A stretch of 59,708 bases of DNA, taken from the NCBI GenBank assembly GCA_018398765.1, contig JAHBMJ010000020.1, positions 1 through 59,708 of the forward strand. Direction: 5' to 3'. The notes under the pieces are model-generated. The model was not told the origin of the DNA and made no database searches. It worked only from the letters and a program-made list of their open reading frames with translations. This document shows positions 57,646-59,708 of this stretch, piece by piece. This DNA comes from Chromera velia (Eukaryota). The stretch's first letter is position 1. Every line of letters starts with the position of its first letter. Position numbers and translations under genes: made by a program.

Positions 57646-59708
57646 TTAGTAAAATTTGATATCTGGTACGTTCAAAACGGTCATACCAAGGCGTACAACC
57701 AGAAGATGTGGTATCCGACCCGATTTGAAAAGAGACCACAAAGCCTGGTATGTACGCGTTTTTTTCCTTTCACTGCTGTCACCGGCGCTGTGGAAAATAC
57801 AATTTCTTGAAAGGTCCAGTTTTTGAAGGGGAGGGGGCTGCTGAGTGCCCCAAACATCCGTCAATATGGTGAAATGACTGTCCGAAAGCCGCATGTTTAT
57901 GAGTCCTAACCTTTTCAAGTTTGGCATTTTCTCTGCCACCAGAACCTGTGAGAGAGCCCTCCAACCCTTCGAATCCGAACCAAGGCACATGTTCTCCAGA
58001 GTCAAATCCTGGAGACACTGCATCTTGCCGCCCCCTAGCCCCTCACACAGAATACCCAACTCCTCGAGATTGTTAATCCCTTCAATTTGCAAGTTTTCAA
58101 GCAGGCGCAGACGACTGCCACTCAAGGCGTCTGAAAGCACGCGCACCGCATCCAAACAAGAGGTTTTCGAAACCAGTAAAGCAAGACTACTCCAAAATCT
58201 CACCGTCAAATGCCGCAACGAACAAACGAAGGTGGAGCTGAGAGCCTCATCGAAGGCTTGCACCACTTCCATGTAAAGTTCCTTACTACCGTCGGAAAAG
58301 TCTGTTCCCATCTCTCTCAAACTCGGCACTCTCCCGGAGGCCACTAGTCTCAACAAACACTTTGACCCCTCACACCCCAAATAGGGACTTCCACCATGAA
58401 AACGACAGAAGGACGAAAGCTTCCCCGGGCCACGGGAAAGTCCCGTGAAAAGGCCCGCAGCCGCTTCATTGATCCAGATGGGAGTCTGACTCTTTGACCA
58501 CATGGGCTGGGAGACTTCTTTTAAACAATCCATGCGTGCGTCAGCAGCCGAGAAGGCTTCTCCAAGTGCTTCCCCCACTGCTCGATTGACTACCTTCATT
58601 CCGACAGCCAATCTCCTCAATCCCGACAATTTCCCACCACGAACAACATCCGAGAAAGCTGTCACTGTTCTCTCTGTCAAGTGCTCGGATGCCCCCTCTT
58701 TTCTTAACCCCACATCCAAAAGCAAAGGAGGAGAAACGCTCCCTTGTAGAAACCCCTCACACACAGCGCCAAAGCTCTCATGACGACGCCAGTCAAGCGT
58801 CACATTTCGGAGTGAAGGCAGAGACTCTCTGTCGCCACTCAGGACCCCTCCCAGCCCTCTGCATCCCCCCGAACCCTCCCCACACATGACAGAAAGGGTC
58901 AAATCGCGAAGCAACTTCAAACCCCCACTACCCAAACCCTCCGCAACCCCCCCCACCCCCTCATCTCCTTCTTCCCACCACCCCAACCGAAGCTTTGACA
59001 GAGAAGGACAACCACCATCCCCTAGAGCCCCCCCCAACGCACACATACCATACCCACTCACATGACCACTCTGGTGCACCAAACTGAGCACATCAGGTTT
59101 TCCGCGACCAAATTTATCGAAGACCAGGCTTTCCAACAACGACAAACCATCCCCCCGAACCCCCTCTGCAAGAGCCAACAGACTGCCGTCAGAGACAACA
59201 GACAAACCCTGAAGGTCCAGGCTCTGCAGACATTTTGTGTTGCCACTCGCAAGACCGCGAGCCAGAGTAATGCCGCTCATCAGCCCGTGAGGCTGGTCCA
59301 TCTCTATTCTCGATCTCACCCTCTTCAATTTAGACAGATGAGAAGAACTCATAGCGTTCGAGAGTGCTTCAACCCCCTCTGTCTGATCACTTCTAGGATG
59401 CACAACAAGCTCTTCCAGAGAAGGCACACCCTCTACACCCAACGCCTTGGCAAAAGTTGCTAAGTGCTGACTAGCCATGCGATTACCCCCCAGAAGAAGT
59501 TTGCGGAGTTTCGGGAAACGCCCTCCCAACAGGAACACTTCGGGAGAAACAAAAATTCGGCTTTCCGGAGAAGCCAGGGCAACTTGCCCCCCCTCTCCCC
59601 CAATCACAGCACCCTCCTCTGCACCAACTGCCGCTACCTGCCCTCCTGCTCCCGCCGCCACCTCTCCTCCTTCTCCCTCTGCCCCCTGCCCCCCCCCACC
59701 TGCTCCCG
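57646..59708 (-). CDS. RNI-like leucine-rich repeat protein, 5'-partial (at least 671 aa, no intron in this part)
   Basis: Repeated LxxLxL motifs at about 28-32 aa spacing (PKLRKLLL, PSLEELVV, PSLSKLRL, PNLKRLGL, PPLQKLDLSRN). The frame stays open to the window end. Confidence 0.88.
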   Translation of the reverse strand, partial: GAGGGGQGAEGEGGEVAAGAGGQVAAVGAEEGAVIGGEGGQVALASPESRIFVSPEVFLLGGRFPKLRKLLLGGNRMASQHLATFAKALGVEGVPSLEELVVHPRSDQTEGVEALSNAMSSSHLSKLKRVRSRIEMDQPHGLMSGITLARGLASGNTKCLQSLDLQGLSVVSDGSLLALAEGVRGDGLSLLESLVFDKFGRGKPDVLSLVHQSGHVSGYGMCALGGALGDGGCPSLSKLRLGWWEEGDEGVGGVAEGLGSGGLKLLRDLTLSVMCGEGSGGCRGLGGVLSGDRESLPSLRNVTLDWRRHESFGAVCEGFLQGSVSPPLLLDVGLRKEGASEHLTERTVTAFSDVVRGGKLSGLRRLAVGMKVVNRAVGEALGEAFSAADARMDCLKEVSQPMWSKSQTPIWINEAAAGLFTGLSRGPGKLSSFCRFHGGSPYLGCEGSKCLLRLVASGRVPSLREMGTDFSDGSKELYMEVVQAFDEALSSTFVCSLRHLTVRFWSSLALLVSKTSCLDAVRVLSDALSGSRLRLLENLQIEGINNLEELGILCEGLGGGKMQCLQDLTLENMCLGSDSKGWRALSQVLVAEKMPNLKRLGLINMRLSDSHFTILTDVWGTQQPPPLQKLDLSRNCIFHSAGDSSERKKTRTYQALWSLFKSGRIPHLLVVRLGMTVLNVPDIKFY

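Overview
This is eukaryotic genomic DNA. GTCAGT-type splice donors, microsatellite-filled introns, a bipartite plastid-targeting leader and an intronless RNI-type LRR gene suggest a chromerid alveolate such as Chromera velia (inference only). From 0.5 to 11.3 kb lies a full-length but dead Ty3/Gypsy chromovirus (TSD TACTA) with a gag-less Ty1/Copia element (TSD AGTTA) inserted in its gag. The rest alternates GC-rich gene islands with AT/TpA-rich spacers full of transposon relics. The genes are an Smr-domain gene end, a plastid RRM protein, prefoldin 3, a membrane hybrid histidine kinase, an Obg-family GTPase, two hypothetical proteins, an FBXW5-like F-box/WD40 gene and an LRR gene. The relics are three Helitron2/Helentron-like copies, CTAG-ended TIR elements and a TIR > Copia > LINE triple nest. 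Two signals stand out. First, the repeats show a RIP-like C-to-T signature at CpA as well as CpG. Second, three 29-48 bp duplications span splice junctions, each flanking a 41-52 nt AT-rich insert that carries TTTCATACA on the sense strand. All alignments, counts and exon models were made by eye and need computational confirmation.
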